From positions 1 to 64,000 of IMG/VR virus record IMGVR_UViG_3300025949_000023: a DNA stretch of 64,000 nucleotides. One strand, given 5' to 3'. The notes beneath the pieces were generated by a model. It was not told the origin of the DNA. It was given only the letters and a program-made list of their open reading frames with translations, and made no database searches. Below, piece after piece: positions 39,087 through 49,016 of the stretch. Made by a program: the position numbers and the translations under genes. Each line of letters begins with the position of its first letter. Positions within the stretch are counted from its first letter, which is position 1. The DNA is from a virus.

Positions 39087-39758
39087 ATGGCAAAACCAAA
39101 ACAGCACCACTTTGATATTAATACAGCTATTGATATTGGATTGCATGAGGCCATAATACTTAATAATTTTGAGTACTGGATTGACTTAAACAGGTCAAAC
39201 AAGAAGCATTTTTATGACGGCAGGTACTGGACTTTTAATAGCGTCCGGGCTCTTTCTGAACTTTTCCCTTACTTGTCTTACAAGCAAATTAGGACGGCCA
39301 TAGACAAACTTTTATCACTGGGTATTTTGGTAAAAGGAAACTTTAATAAAGTCGGGTACGATAGAACAACATGGTATTCAATAACCGACGTTCCCATTTG
39401 CCCCACAGGGCAAATGGATTTGTCCTATAAGGCAAATGGATTTGCCCAAGAGGGCGAACCTATACCAGATAATAACTCAGATAATTTTACAGATAATGAA
39501 AAAGAAAATAGTTATCTTATTAAAAATAATTCATATTTAATATTTAAAGAATGGATTAGAGTAAATACACCAAGAGTATTATCATTAGAAGAACAGGTAA
39601 CAGAAAAAGAGTATAAAACCTTGATTAAAAATTATTCTTCTAATGATATTAAAGTCGCACTTGCTTATATGCACAATCAGAAGGATTTAAATAAAAAATA
39701 CAACTCTGTATATACAAGCCTTAACTTTTTACTTAAAAACAAAAAACAAACAACATGA
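39087..39758 (+). CDS. phage replication initiator (N-terminal winged helix)
   Basis: HHFDINTA..GLHEAIIL, DGRYWTFNS..LFPYLS, GNFNK..DRTTWY. Confidence 0.8.
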   Translation: MAKPKQHHFDINTAIDIGLHEAIILNNFEYWIDLNRSNKKHFYDGRYWTFNSVRALSELFPYLSYKQIRTAIDKLLSLGILVKGNFNKVGYDRTTWYSITDVPICPTGQMDLSYKANGFAQEGEPIPDNNSDNFTDNEKENSYLIKNNSYLIFKEWIRVNTPRVLSLEEQVTEKEYKTLIKNYSSNDIKVALAYMHNQKDLNKKYNSVYTSLNFLLKNKKQTT

Positions 39759-40363
39759 AGAAAACGCCGACTTTGGAGTGCTTTTTTGACGGTGCCTGTT
39801 ACCCGAAAAATCCCTACGGAACGATGGGGATGGGTGCGTGCATCAATGAAATGGGGATTGAGTTATGGAAATGCAGCCATACAATCCCGGCAGGTAAGGC
39901 CAACAGTAACAATGTAGCTGAGTACCTGGCGCTGGAATACATCCTTGATGAACTGATGAAGCAGGCTGTAAAAATGGAAACTATCGTTATTAAAGGCGAC
40001 AGTAAACTTGTAATTGAGCAAATGAGTGGCAAATACAAGATTAAAAGTGGTATGTATGTCCCCGTAGCGATTAGGTGTAAAAAGAAAGTTATGCACTTAA
40101 GTTCACTTAATGATATAAAATTTCAATGGATTCCGCGTGAGCAAAATAGCTATTGCGATAGCCTAAGTGGCGGTGATAATTTTAATAAACCAAACAACAA
40201 GGTATTAAGGGGTAGTTTTGAGGTCGTAGATGGAAAACTATCGTTTAATTGCACAACTACAAACATACCATTTAATGAAGTTCTTTTTGGATTGACCAAA
40301 CTTAGAGACGAACTTAACAGGCAGATTGACAATCAACAAAATTGTCCTTACCATGGAAAGTAA
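39755..40363 (+). CDS. ribonuclease HI family protein
   Basis: FFDGA, SNNVAEYLAL, GDSKLVIEQM, WIPREQN..D. Confidence 0.9.
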   Translation: MKKTPTLECFFDGACYPKNPYGTMGMGACINEMGIELWKCSHTIPAGKANSNNVAEYLALEYILDELMKQAVKMETIVIKGDSKLVIEQMSGKYKIKSGMYVPVAIRCKKKVMHLSSLNDIKFQWIPREQNSYCDSLSGGDNFNKPNNKVLRGSFEVVDGKLSFNCTTTNIPFNEVLFGLTKLRDELNRQIDNQQNCPYHGK

Positions 40364-40874
40364 AGCCCTGCAAAAAGCCAAAGAAGCAATCGCCCGGCGC
40401 AATGCTCTAAAGGCAAAGCCTGTTAAAAAGGAGAGAAGCTATAAAAGAAGCGTTTTAAAGCCCTCAGAAACGGTTTTGTATGCTCGTAAAGAAGATAAGA
40501 TTAAAAGCCTTACAAGCCAGCTTACAAAGGCAAATAACACCATCCAGCATATATCATCGCTGTTTGATGATAGAAAAAATGTAGTACCGGTGTTTATGGC
40601 CCTGCGCACGGTGGATGATTTTCTTTGCGCTAAATACAATATAAAAGTTTCGGATATTTACGTCCTCAGCCAGGCTGATTTGGAAGATATACCTTTTACA
40701 ACGGACGATTATGATGTATATGCTCTTAACAGGCTGATTAAAGCAGGGTTTGTAAAATCACGGATAACCAAAGGAAACAAAACTTATTTCACTATGCCGG
40801 CAGCAAAACTGTTCTTAAATGAACTTACCAAAGAGGTAAAGAAGGTGATGATGCCGCTGCTTAAAATACAGTAA
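40353..40874 (+). CDS. hypothetical protein, possible C-terminal winged helix
   Basis: Basic N-terminus; LNRLIKAGFV..KTYFT. Confidence 0.5.
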   Translation: MESKALQKAKEAIARRNALKAKPVKKERSYKRSVLKPSETVLYARKEDKIKSLTSQLTKANNTIQHISSLFDDRKNVVPVFMALRTVDDFLCAKYNIKVSDIYVLSQADLEDIPFTTDDYDVYALNRLIKAGFVKSRITKGNKTYFTMPAAKLFLNELTKEVKKVMMPLLKIQ

Positions 40875-41723
40875 ATGAACTTACCAAAATTAATTATATC
40901 ATTTAGTGGCGGTGAAACATCCGCATTTATGACCCAGTGGCTTTTAAAAAACAAATCAAATGAGTATGATTTTACAGTTGTCTTTGCTAACACTGGTTGC
41001 GAAAATGAGGAAACTTTAGAGTTTGTAAATGAATGTGATAAATATTTCGGGTTGAATGTTGTTTGGGTTGAAGCTATTACTACCCCTATAAAAGGCATAG
41101 GTGTAGTTTCAAAAATTGTTTCTTTTGAAACAGCAAGTAGGGATGGAGAACCATTTGAGTTAATGATACAAAAATTAGGAATACCAAATCGGACTGCTCC
41201 GCGTTGTAGTGAAGAATTAAAAAAATTCCCTATTAGGCATTATGCTCGAACGGTTGGATTGAAAAAATACTACACTGCTATTGGTATAAGAATAGACGAG
41301 GTTGACAGAGTAAGCGAAAACTATAAATCTGAAAAAATTATATACCCGTTGATTAGCATGGTTCCAATAAATAAAGATGGTATTAATTCTTTTTGGAGCA
41401 GTATGCCTTTTAGGCTTAGATTAAAACCATATCAAGGAAATTGTAAATGGTGTTGGAAAAAATCTTTTAAAAAACTAATAACCATAGCTAAAGAAACTCC
41501 ATCTGCCTTTGACTTCCCTGTTAGAATGGAAGAAACTTATGGGAATATCATTCCAACGCAGCGAAAAGATAGTAAAAACATTAAGTTGCCTCTTACTTTT
41601 TTTAGAGGCAACCTTAGTGCGAAAGATATTCTTTCAATGGCAAATAGACCGGAACTACAGGGAGTTCTTGATTTTAACCAAGAAACCCCAAATGGGTGTT
41701 CGGAAAGCTGTGAGGCTTTTTAA
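40875..41723 (+). CDS. PAPS-reductase-family (PP-loop) protein
   Basis: ISFSGGETS, FANTGCE, CSEELK, GIRIDE, GNCKWCWKK, CSESCE. Confidence 0.85.
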   Translation: MNLPKLIISFSGGETSAFMTQWLLKNKSNEYDFTVVFANTGCENEETLEFVNECDKYFGLNVVWVEAITTPIKGIGVVSKIVSFETASRDGEPFELMIQKLGIPNRTAPRCSEELKKFPIRHYARTVGLKKYYTAIGIRIDEVDRVSENYKSEKIIYPLISMVPINKDGINSFWSSMPFRLRLKPYQGNCKWCWKKSFKKLITIAKETPSAFDFPVRMEETYGNIIPTQRKDSKNIKLPLTFFRGNLSAKDILSMANRPELQGVLDFNQETPNGCSESCEAF

Positions 41724-41729
41724 TTTATT

Positions 41730-43943
41730 TTATGCCTGCCGCTGTATGTAATCATAATCTTCCACCCGCCGTGCCCTGCCGGTAGCCTTGTTAATCGTGT
41801 ATTCCTCCACCACCTGCATGCGCTTTACTTCTTTCTTTTTGTGTTTGAACTCGCCCATATAGTTTAACAGCCACATCATAAATCCTATACTCACGTCACT
41901 TTTTGTACGGTCGGCGGGGTCAAACGTCTCTAAATCTTCCAGTATCTGTAAGAACTTAATCTTCCACCAGTGCTTCTGGATGTAGATAGCCGCCAATTCA
42001 ATCTGCCTGGCAAATACAAACGGGTCGGACGAGCTGGCGCCATACTCCACGGCCTTGTCGCTTTCCCGCAGTTTACGCATAGCATCAATCGCCGCATCCG
42101 GCTTTTTACCCAACATTGGTAAACAGTTCACATCCATGAAATTGGGCATGGTATTATTGAAGTACTTGATATACTCCTGCGTAGCATCCCTTTCCACGGT
42201 TACCGTGCAGCCATACCACATACTGGCCATTAAAATCTCTTTCCAAAACAATTCCGTTAACCTAGGCCTTCCTATGTACAACGCCACTGGGTCGCCGCCT
42301 TCTTCATGCGCCTCCATGCTGGGGTCAAGTTTGCTGCCTATTACAATTACACCTTTTGAGCCTAATTCCTTCGTTTTATCAAACCTAAAGGTATCAGCAC
42401 CCCCTGCATAGATAGCCGTTCCCATTGGCCACGGCCTGCCTCTTTCATCTATCCGGTAGTTATTCGGTGTTTTGGGAAAGTCTTTTATCAGCCAGTTACC
42501 GTTTATATCGTCGCAGAACTCAATTACAACCTGTTTCTTGCCTTCATTATTGAAGTGTGATACCATAAGCCTCCCACGCCTTAAATACAGCTCTTTATCC
42601 CGCAGCATGCGTTTTACAACTTCAATCTGAGACTTTATATTTTCAAGGTTAAAGGGGCTCATGCTGTCGCCAAAGTCAAACATATCCTGTTCCCTTACAG
42701 GGTACTTGCGCCTTTCCTCTGCCTTATCATCTTCGTCTGTTAGCAGGGCCAATTTATGTTCAAGGTATTTTTTAGCTCCCAGCCTAAGGTATTCGTCCGG
42801 TACCCGTTCTTCATGGTTGGTTACTTCCTGGTTTTTCTGTATCAGGTAGGCCAGTGTTTCTTCGTCCGGTGGGTCAATTACACTCTCACCGTACTTGCCT
42901 ATAAAACCAAACAGCCCGTCATACGCCGGCTTGAAAAACTTAACCGCCTGTTGAGGTAGCCTGTTTAGCGGGTATTCGTATTGATTGGCGGCATCCCATA
43001 TCCTTTTAAATGCGTTACCACCCTTAGTGGGTGGGTTTACCGTTGACGGTATATAAGCAAACCCTTTCCTTACCGCACCTACTACCAGGGTGTCTTTTAC
43101 GATACGCCAGTACTTTGCAAACGATACTTTTAACCATTTACCTGCTTCATCTATGAGTATAAAGCTCCATCTGCCGGAGTCAAATGCGTTTAGCGTGGTG
43201 TCCCTTTTTACTATAATAGAGTTAAGGCCTTCACGGGCGGTGTTCACCTGGCCCTGTGATTGTTTTTTCTTTCCTTCTTTACGCAGGCTGATTTCATTCT
43301 TAGGGTCGGTACCACCTGCAGTACGTGGCCGCAGGTAGATAGGCAGTGATTTAAACGCATACACCAGCATGTTCTCAAACATATCGTCCACGTCGTCACC
43401 GGTCTTTGATATGTTACCGCAGCGTTTATTACCGCCCCAGCCAGCGGCATTGGTGGCTATCCACATCTCTATACACGTACCATGGCTGGTAGCTCCTTCA
43501 CGTCGCGCCTTGCCCCTGATGATAGCCGCTATATACGGGTTACTATAACACGAAATAAAGAAGATAAAGAAAAGCCTGTCACATTCCCTATACTCAGGTT
43601 TGCTGCCATCCTCCAGCGTCCAGTAGGTTAACCAGTAGTAGTAAACTCCGGGGATATACGTTGGAACGCCTTTAATCATCACCCAAACCCCATGCTGGCA
43701 CTTATGCAGCTCCTCCAGTACAAATTTCTTTTGCTCAGGCGTGTATACAGGGTCACCGTCAAAGTCAAACCTAATGTTGTCCATGAAGTCGGGTATCTCC
43801 TGCCTGCGGTAGTATTGTTCTTTTACTGGCCGCTTATTGCCTTCAATCTTTGTTATCGCTGGTTGGTCGGGAATGGAGCAGGGGATGCCCTGTATTATTT
43901 GTTCGGTAGGCATGTTCAATATTTTTATTTGTTCATGTAACAT
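41730..43943 (-). CDS. terL: terminase large subunit
   Basis: KARREGAT Walker A variant, ILIDEAGKW Walker B, PSTVN, GGADTF nuclease domain. Confidence 0.9.
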   Translation of the reverse strand: MLHEQIKILNMPTEQIIQGIPCSIPDQPAITKIEGNKRPVKEQYYRRQEIPDFMDNIRFDFDGDPVYTPEQKKFVLEELHKCQHGVWVMIKGVPTYIPGVYYYWLTYWTLEDGSKPEYRECDRLFFIFFISCYSNPYIAAIIRGKARREGATSHGTCIEMWIATNAAGWGGNKRCGNISKTGDDVDDMFENMLVYAFKSLPIYLRPRTAGGTDPKNEISLRKEGKKKQSQGQVNTAREGLNSIIVKRDTTLNAFDSGRWSFILIDEAGKWLKVSFAKYWRIVKDTLVVGAVRKGFAYIPSTVNPPTKGGNAFKRIWDAANQYEYPLNRLPQQAVKFFKPAYDGLFGFIGKYGESVIDPPDEETLAYLIQKNQEVTNHEERVPDEYLRLGAKKYLEHKLALLTDEDDKAEERRKYPVREQDMFDFGDSMSPFNLENIKSQIEVVKRMLRDKELYLRRGRLMVSHFNNEGKKQVVIEFCDDINGNWLIKDFPKTPNNYRIDERGRPWPMGTAIYAGGADTFRFDKTKELGSKGVIVIGSKLDPSMEAHEEGGDPVALYIGRPRLTELFWKEILMASMWYGCTVTVERDATQEYIKYFNNTMPNFMDVNCLPMLGKKPDAAIDAMRKLRESDKAVEYGASSSDPFVFARQIELAAIYIQKHWWKIKFLQILEDLETFDPADRTKSDVSIGFMMWLLNYMGEFKHKKKEVKRMQVVEEYTINKATGRARRVEDYDYIQRQA

Positions 43944-43998
43944 GAACCATAGAAAAAAGCCCCACCATTTGGCAGGGCTTAATCCTTAAACAATATAG

Positions 43999-45168
43999 TT
44001 AGAAACTTACGAGGTTAAGCGCCTTTAACTGGCTGGCGAACTCTGCGCCTTCTGCCGTTAAAGTAAACTCAGCCAAATACTCAATCGGGTTTTTATCACC
44101 AGGTAGCATGGTAATAAACCTTGCTGTACGCATCCAGTGCGCCTGTCCCGGCTTAATCAACCCCAACCCTAATTCACTCCTTTCAATGGCCGTGGTAATC
44201 ATGTGCATGATTTTAACCTTCGGGTCATTAAACGAGCTTTCAAACAGCTCAGGTTGTTGATAAGCGTAGTCTTTGTAGTCCTCCCTTATTGCGTCAATAT
44301 CCCTGCGCTGGCTGGTTTCTGGCACTACAAAAGAAATATTAAGGTATTTAGCATGCGGTATCATTTCTGCATCGCGGCAATCACTTGCCAGGCGGTAGCA
44401 TTTTTCACGCAGCTTGCCACGGGTTACCTTGCTATCTTCTATCTGGCCAAAGTCAAGCAACTGGAATAAAGGCTTTGTGTCGCCATGCCTGCGCACTTTA
44501 GGGTGCTGGTTTTTGCACTGGTTAGTACACCATAAAAAATCACGCAGGGTCGTCATAGTTCCTTTTACCTGCAGTTCAAACTTTACAAACAGCAGAGCAT
44601 CCCTGTTGCGGTCATTGTCAATAATCGGGTTACGGCCGTTTACCATCAAATACCTTTCAGGGTTTGTTCTTTCCTGCTCGTCTACAAAGATTGACTTTTC
44701 GGTGAAAATAAACCGTATATCACGCGGTTGCCAGATAATAGTTCCTTCTTCTTCGCCAGCTTTTAAATCCGTTCTTTCGTCGCGAATATCCACCGGAACA
44801 TAGCTATAAACGCCATCCTTGTCAACTACATGGAAGGGCCAATTTATTGTATCGTTTTGTTTCAGGTAAGTACGGCCGGCTTTGTTGCCCCAAAGTTTTT
44901 TATCTGGTGGCTTTACAAAACGGAAAATGTATTTATCCGGCGCATCCTGTAGCCTTTTCCTTTTTACGGGAGCTGGTGCTGTTTGTGTGGCTGCAAATGC
45001 TGCTTGTGGAATAGCGGGCTGTGGCGGTACCTGTGAAGTTGGTTGCTGTTGTTGTACTTGCTGCTTGCGAAGGTTGCCAATGTTCGGATTGCCTCTTTGT
45101 TTTTTTGGCGCTGCAGGGTTTGCAGGCGCACCCAATAAGCCTGTTTCGGCTGGTGTAGTTTCTGACAT
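43999..45168 (-). CDS. conserved protein downstream of the major capsid gene
   Basis: EKSIFVDEQ motif and position typical of Bacteroidota podoviruses. Confidence 0.55.
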   Translation of the reverse strand: MSETTPAETGLLGAPANPAAPKKQRGNPNIGNLRKQQVQQQQPTSQVPPQPAIPQAAFAATQTAPAPVKRKRLQDAPDKYIFRFVKPPDKKLWGNKAGRTYLKQNDTINWPFHVVDKDGVYSYVPVDIRDERTDLKAGEEEGTIIWQPRDIRFIFTEKSIFVDEQERTNPERYLMVNGRNPIIDNDRNRDALLFVKFELQVKGTMTTLRDFLWCTNQCKNQHPKVRRHGDTKPLFQLLDFGQIEDSKVTRGKLREKCYRLASDCRDAEMIPHAKYLNISFVVPETSQRRDIDAIREDYKDYAYQQPELFESSFNDPKVKIMHMITTAIERSELGLGLIKPGQAHWMRTARFITMLPGDKNPIEYLAEFTLTAEGAEFASQLKALNLVSF

Positions 45169-45244
45169 TGTATTTGTTTTGTGGAGGGCTTACGCTGCTC
45201 CGGTTATTTCAACAGGGCCTGTCATAGTACTGTTGAAGAATATT

Positions 45245-45273
45245 TAAAAGAAGGGCGGCTAACTGCCGCCCCT
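45245..45273 (-). terminator. intrinsic terminator after the capsid gene
   Basis: GGGCGGC-AGTTA-GCCGCCC followed by TTCTTTT. Confidence 0.75.
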
Positions 45274-45286
45274 ATAAAAACTAAAA

Positions 45287-46705
45287 TTACTGCCCGATAA
45301 AGAGAGCGTACTGATTAGCGGCGATAACACGCACACCAAAGTAAGAACTCATAGATACGGTAGCATTCAATGTCCCGGTTTTATTCTGGCTTGCTGCACC
45401 ACCGTACTCCCAAGTGTATATCCTCTGGCCGCTCATTGTAGGGTCTGTCTGCCATACAATCTGGAATGAAGGATAAGTTACACTCTGCATTTTAGGGTCT
45501 TGGTTTATACGCTGAGGTATAAGCAGGCTGTAGTTGCGGTAGCTGTCGCCAGTGCTTGCCTGCGGGCTACGTTTGTACACCATTTCAACGTTATACAGCG
45601 GGTTTTCCTTAAAGTGGTAGGTAATGTTATCCATCCTGTAAGAATCAAAGCCATAAGCAGCAGAGGCTTCTTTACCGCCACCATCAAAACTTTCGTAAGT
45701 ACAAGCTAAGAAAGTGTTTTTGTAAGTGGTAAACAGCAGGTCTGAAATGCTTTGTTTGCTGTAAATATCCATCAGGTGGTGGTACTCACCAGGTGCCCCG
45801 TAGAAGTTCAACGCACGGCCGAGGGTGTGGAAGTCGTTGATTGTTGGGTTACCGGCCTGAAACTGTACAATAGAGCCACCTGCCTGTACACGCGGTTGTA
45901 CGCCGATAGTACCAAACGTGCCGTTTGCTGAACGGTTGCTTGCACCGTTAGCTTCCAGCACTTTAAAGAACATATCGTTCATGTACCTGCGGTTCATGTC
46001 GTCCATGCCAAGGTATTTATAATACTGACGGCCGTCTGCCAGAACAACTTCCTGCTTTTCAATTAAAGCAAAGTCGGTCATTGTAAAGTCGTCGCGGTGC
46101 TCCGTAGTGGTATTGTAAATCTTGTCATAAACAGGTGCAAGGCCTTGGCTTGTGGTTGAAGCCTCACCAATATCCATTATACCGCGGAATAGGATAGCGT
46201 CACCGGCAAGTATCTGGCCAGCGCCAGATGCACCTGCAGAAGTTATTATGTCGGTTGTGTTTTCCGGTGTAATAGTTACTGTCCACGCATTAGCCGTGGT
46301 GGATGGTACCGCTGAAATGTAAAGAGGCACATCCTGGTTAGATGCCAGTACGCATGTTTCGTTCACGCGGGCAGCGCATGCACCATTCACATAGTAGCTG
46401 TCTGCAGCCACAGTGAAAGTATAAGAGGCGCCTGGTGTGCCGGTGCTAACTGTATTGGCCACTGTAAGGCTGGAGTGCAGCTCCCTTTTTTCGTAGTGAT
46501 AAAACTGCTTGTTATCAGTCATTTCATAGGTAGCTGTTTTACCCATTAGTAACTGCCATAAGCCGTAGTTTTCAGCCCCATATTTGCGTATCAGTTCTTT
46601 AAGGAATGAACGGTCATTAGAGTTAAGGTCGTTCAGTAATATGGGGTAACTGAACTGACTGGTTGCAAAACCGGACGGAGTGAACGCAGGAGATTGATTT
46701 GCCAT
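45287..46705 (-). CDS. major capsid protein
   Basis: 472 aa between scaffold and a strong terminator; YGFDSY..TYHFK and GVRVIAAN motifs resembling crAss-like MCPs. Confidence 0.8.
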   Translation of the reverse strand: MANQSPAFTPSGFATSQFSYPILLNDLNSNDRSFLKELIRKYGAENYGLWQLLMGKTATYEMTDNKQFYHYEKRELHSSLTVANTVSTGTPGASYTFTVAADSYYVNGACAARVNETCVLASNQDVPLYISAVPSTTANAWTVTITPENTTDIITSAGASGAGQILAGDAILFRGIMDIGEASTTSQGLAPVYDKIYNTTTEHRDDFTMTDFALIEKQEVVLADGRQYYKYLGMDDMNRRYMNDMFFKVLEANGASNRSANGTFGTIGVQPRVQAGGSIVQFQAGNPTINDFHTLGRALNFYGAPGEYHHLMDIYSKQSISDLLFTTYKNTFLACTYESFDGGGKEASAAYGFDSYRMDNITYHFKENPLYNVEMVYKRSPQASTGDSYRNYSLLIPQRINQDPKMQSVTYPSFQIVWQTDPTMSGQRIYTWEYGGAASQNKTGTLNATVSMSSYFGVRVIAANQYALFIGQ

Positions 46706-46856
46706 AAAATTATTGTTTTGCCCTCGTTTGAGGCGCGGTTGGTAATGTTGTTAAAATTCCGGTGGAACATCGAAGCACACTACCAAAACGGATTTGTCGC
46801 TATTATTTCCCTGTAAAAGCATTGGCTTGCTGAAACAGTTTATTTCAAACTGCACC

Positions 46857-48071
46857 CTACTTTTTGGATGGTACGCCAGCGAAAGCTAACAGCTTGTCCC
46901 TGTCCTCGTCGGTAGCCGTAGGCATTATGTCCCTCGCACTGCCGCGATTGCTTGGTGGCTGGTAGTTTCTGTCCCTCATAAGCTTTGCTTCTAAAGTTTG
47001 TACCGAGGACGCCTGTGCAGTTGTGTTGGCGATAAAACCAGGATTGTCTAACACCCAGACATCCCTTGCTATGGCATTTACATCGTATTCTCCATTGGCT
47101 TGGAGCCAGCGATTAAAAAAGCCTGAAAGGAACGCCTCTGGATTAGGCTGGATTTTACTTGCTATCGCCCCTACCTGCTCAGCAGGCAGTGCGATTTCGC
47201 CCTGCACTTTGGTTGTCTTGTCTTGGCTTTCGTACCCGAACGGTATTTTACTAACCTTATCAGCGGTAAACTGTGAGCCAAAAGAAACTATTTGCTTAGA
47301 TTCTTCGGTTAGCACAGGCGCTGCCGGTTGAGCTGCAGGTTGCGCGGCCTGCGGCTTAGGTAAGTCCAATACGGGCTTGATATTTAAAAACTCTGCTTTT
47401 GCTTTGTTGGCATCCCTTGTAAGGCGGTCTTTGGCCTTCTTTTGTTCTCGGGCATAATCAGCCTGGTTAAGCTGCAGCTCGTCGGGAACATACACGCGGT
47501 TGTATTCTTCCTGTACATCCGCTTCGTCAAAGGATGGGTATTCTTTACGGATAGAAGCCTTTACTATTTGCTCATGGCTCATAGTATCAAGCTGTGCACG
47601 GAAAACATGCTGCTCGATAAACGGCGCCAGCACATCATACTTGCCTTCGTATATCGCGTTATAAACTTGTTCTGATTCTGGTGTAGGAAATTTAAAAGGT
47701 TCTACCACTTTCTCCACCACCTTTTCAACCACCGGTGGCTTGGCAAGGTCGGCCTGTATTTTCTCCCAGCTATCGTATTTACCGTCGCTTACCTGTTTAA
47801 GCCAATCTTCCGGCTTAACCGGTTGCTCGGTGGAGGGGGCGGGTGCTGCTGCGGCAGGTGCTGGTGCAGGTTGTCCTTCGTTTCCGCTGCCAGGCGCTCC
47901 GTCATTTGGCGGTGTGCCCATGTGGCTACTATTGCCCTGTGGCGGGCTGTCTTGGAGTGCTGCCGGGTTTGATACCGGGGCTGGTGGTTGAGTTGCGGGG
48001 ACGCCGGATGCTGCCTGTTTTAAGGCTGCTTCCATGTTGCTGTCTGCCGTAACTTCTTTTAATTCATCCAT
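46857..48071 (-). CDS. capsid scaffolding protein
   Basis: Acidic, Pro/Ala-rich, helical; between portal and MCP. Confidence 0.65.
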   Translation of the reverse strand: MDELKEVTADSNMEAALKQAASGVPATQPPAPVSNPAALQDSPPQGNSSHMGTPPNDGAPGSGNEGQPAPAPAAAAPAPSTEQPVKPEDWLKQVSDGKYDSWEKIQADLAKPPVVEKVVEKVVEPFKFPTPESEQVYNAIYEGKYDVLAPFIEQHVFRAQLDTMSHEQIVKASIRKEYPSFDEADVQEEYNRVYVPDELQLNQADYAREQKKAKDRLTRDANKAKAEFLNIKPVLDLPKPQAAQPAAQPAAPVLTEESKQIVSFGSQFTADKVSKIPFGYESQDKTTKVQGEIALPAEQVGAIASKIQPNPEAFLSGFFNRWLQANGEYDVNAIARDVWVLDNPGFIANTTAQASSVQTLEAKLMRDRNYQPPSNRGSARDIMPTATDEDRDKLLAFAGVPSKK

Positions 48072-48105
48072 AATTGGTAGGTCAATTAATTTAAAACTGA
48101 CATAC

Positions 48106-48166
48106 CAAATGTAGTATCAAATTGGGAAAAACAAAACTTTTTGGGAAAAGTGCAATTTTGGGAAAA
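48106..48166 (-). promoter_or_regulatory. promoter with three TTGGGAAAA direct repeats
   Basis: TACATTTG at 48113-48106, TTTG at 48135-48132; repeats at 48122, 48141, 48158. Confidence 0.6.
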
Positions 48167-48234
48167 TAAAAAAGGCCACCAAAAATGGTAGCCCGATATA
48201 AAACTAACCCCAGCCCACGCGGGTAACACATGGA

Positions 48235-48801
48235 CTATTTTTTTCCGGTTTTACCGGTATTTTTGGCGCTCTTTTCCTGTACATCTTCTACTGCGGCTTC
48301 TTGGCTTGGCGCTGTAATAGTTTTGCCGTCGCCGGTTATGCCTTCAACAACTGGCCCGTTGTCTTTCTTTTGTGCTTCTGCCTGGTCAACTGGTTTTGTT
48401 CCTTCTGTAAACATTGGGAAATCAGCCTTATTGTCCTGCGTTTGCACCTCAGTTGGCTTATCTACCCCTTCGCCGCTGTGAGGAAGTATAGTGTCTTTTG
48501 GCGCATCCCATGCCATATTCTGTGGCACTGTTTGCTTTTCTGCAGGTGTATCGGCGCTGCCATCAACAGCCTTGGTTGCGGCCAATACAGGCTGCTCAGG
48601 TGCAATGATATACGGTTTACCGGCATTACCGGGTATAAACACATGCTCAGGTACAGGTTGACCCACCATTTCCTGTCCGGGGTCGGCATCCTTTAAGCCC
48701 CAGCCATAAAGAATGGCATCGTAAATAATTTTTTGCTCCCTTAGTTCGCCACGGCTTTTCTGCTTAGCGTATGCTGTGGCTAAATCGTGAATGTTTTGCA
48801 T
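48235..48801 (-). CDS. hypothetical low-complexity protein
   Basis: 188-aa ORF in the portal operon. Confidence 0.55.
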   Translation of the reverse strand: MQNIHDLATAYAKQKSRGELREQKIIYDAILYGWGLKDADPGQEMVGQPVPEHVFIPGNAGKPYIIAPEQPVLAATKAVDGSADTPAEKQTVPQNMAWDAPKDTILPHSGEGVDKPTEVQTQDNKADFPMFTEGTKPVDQAEAQKKDNGPVVEGITGDGKTITAPSQEAAVEDVQEKSAKNTGKTGKK

Positions 48802-48812
48802 TGTTGTTGTTT

Positions 48813-49016
48813 TTATATTAAAAGTTTGTTCAAAGTTTCCCTATGTGAATTTTTTATCCTTTCAAGCTGCATTTTATTATTATGCAACTCTTTCTTCATT
48901 CTGTTATATTCGGACAACAATTCGTGGTGCTTCTGGTAAAACTCAAACAGCTCCTTCTCCCGTATAGAGATAATGTTTTCAACTGCTATTTGAGCTTTAC
49001 TCTTTTCCATTGTCAT
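48813..49016 (-). CDS. small coiled-coil protein
   Basis: Overlaps the portal stop codon. Confidence 0.5.
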   Translation of the reverse strand: MTMEKSKAQIAVENIISIREKELFEFYQKHHELLSEYNRMKKELHNNKMQLERIKNSHRETLNKLLI

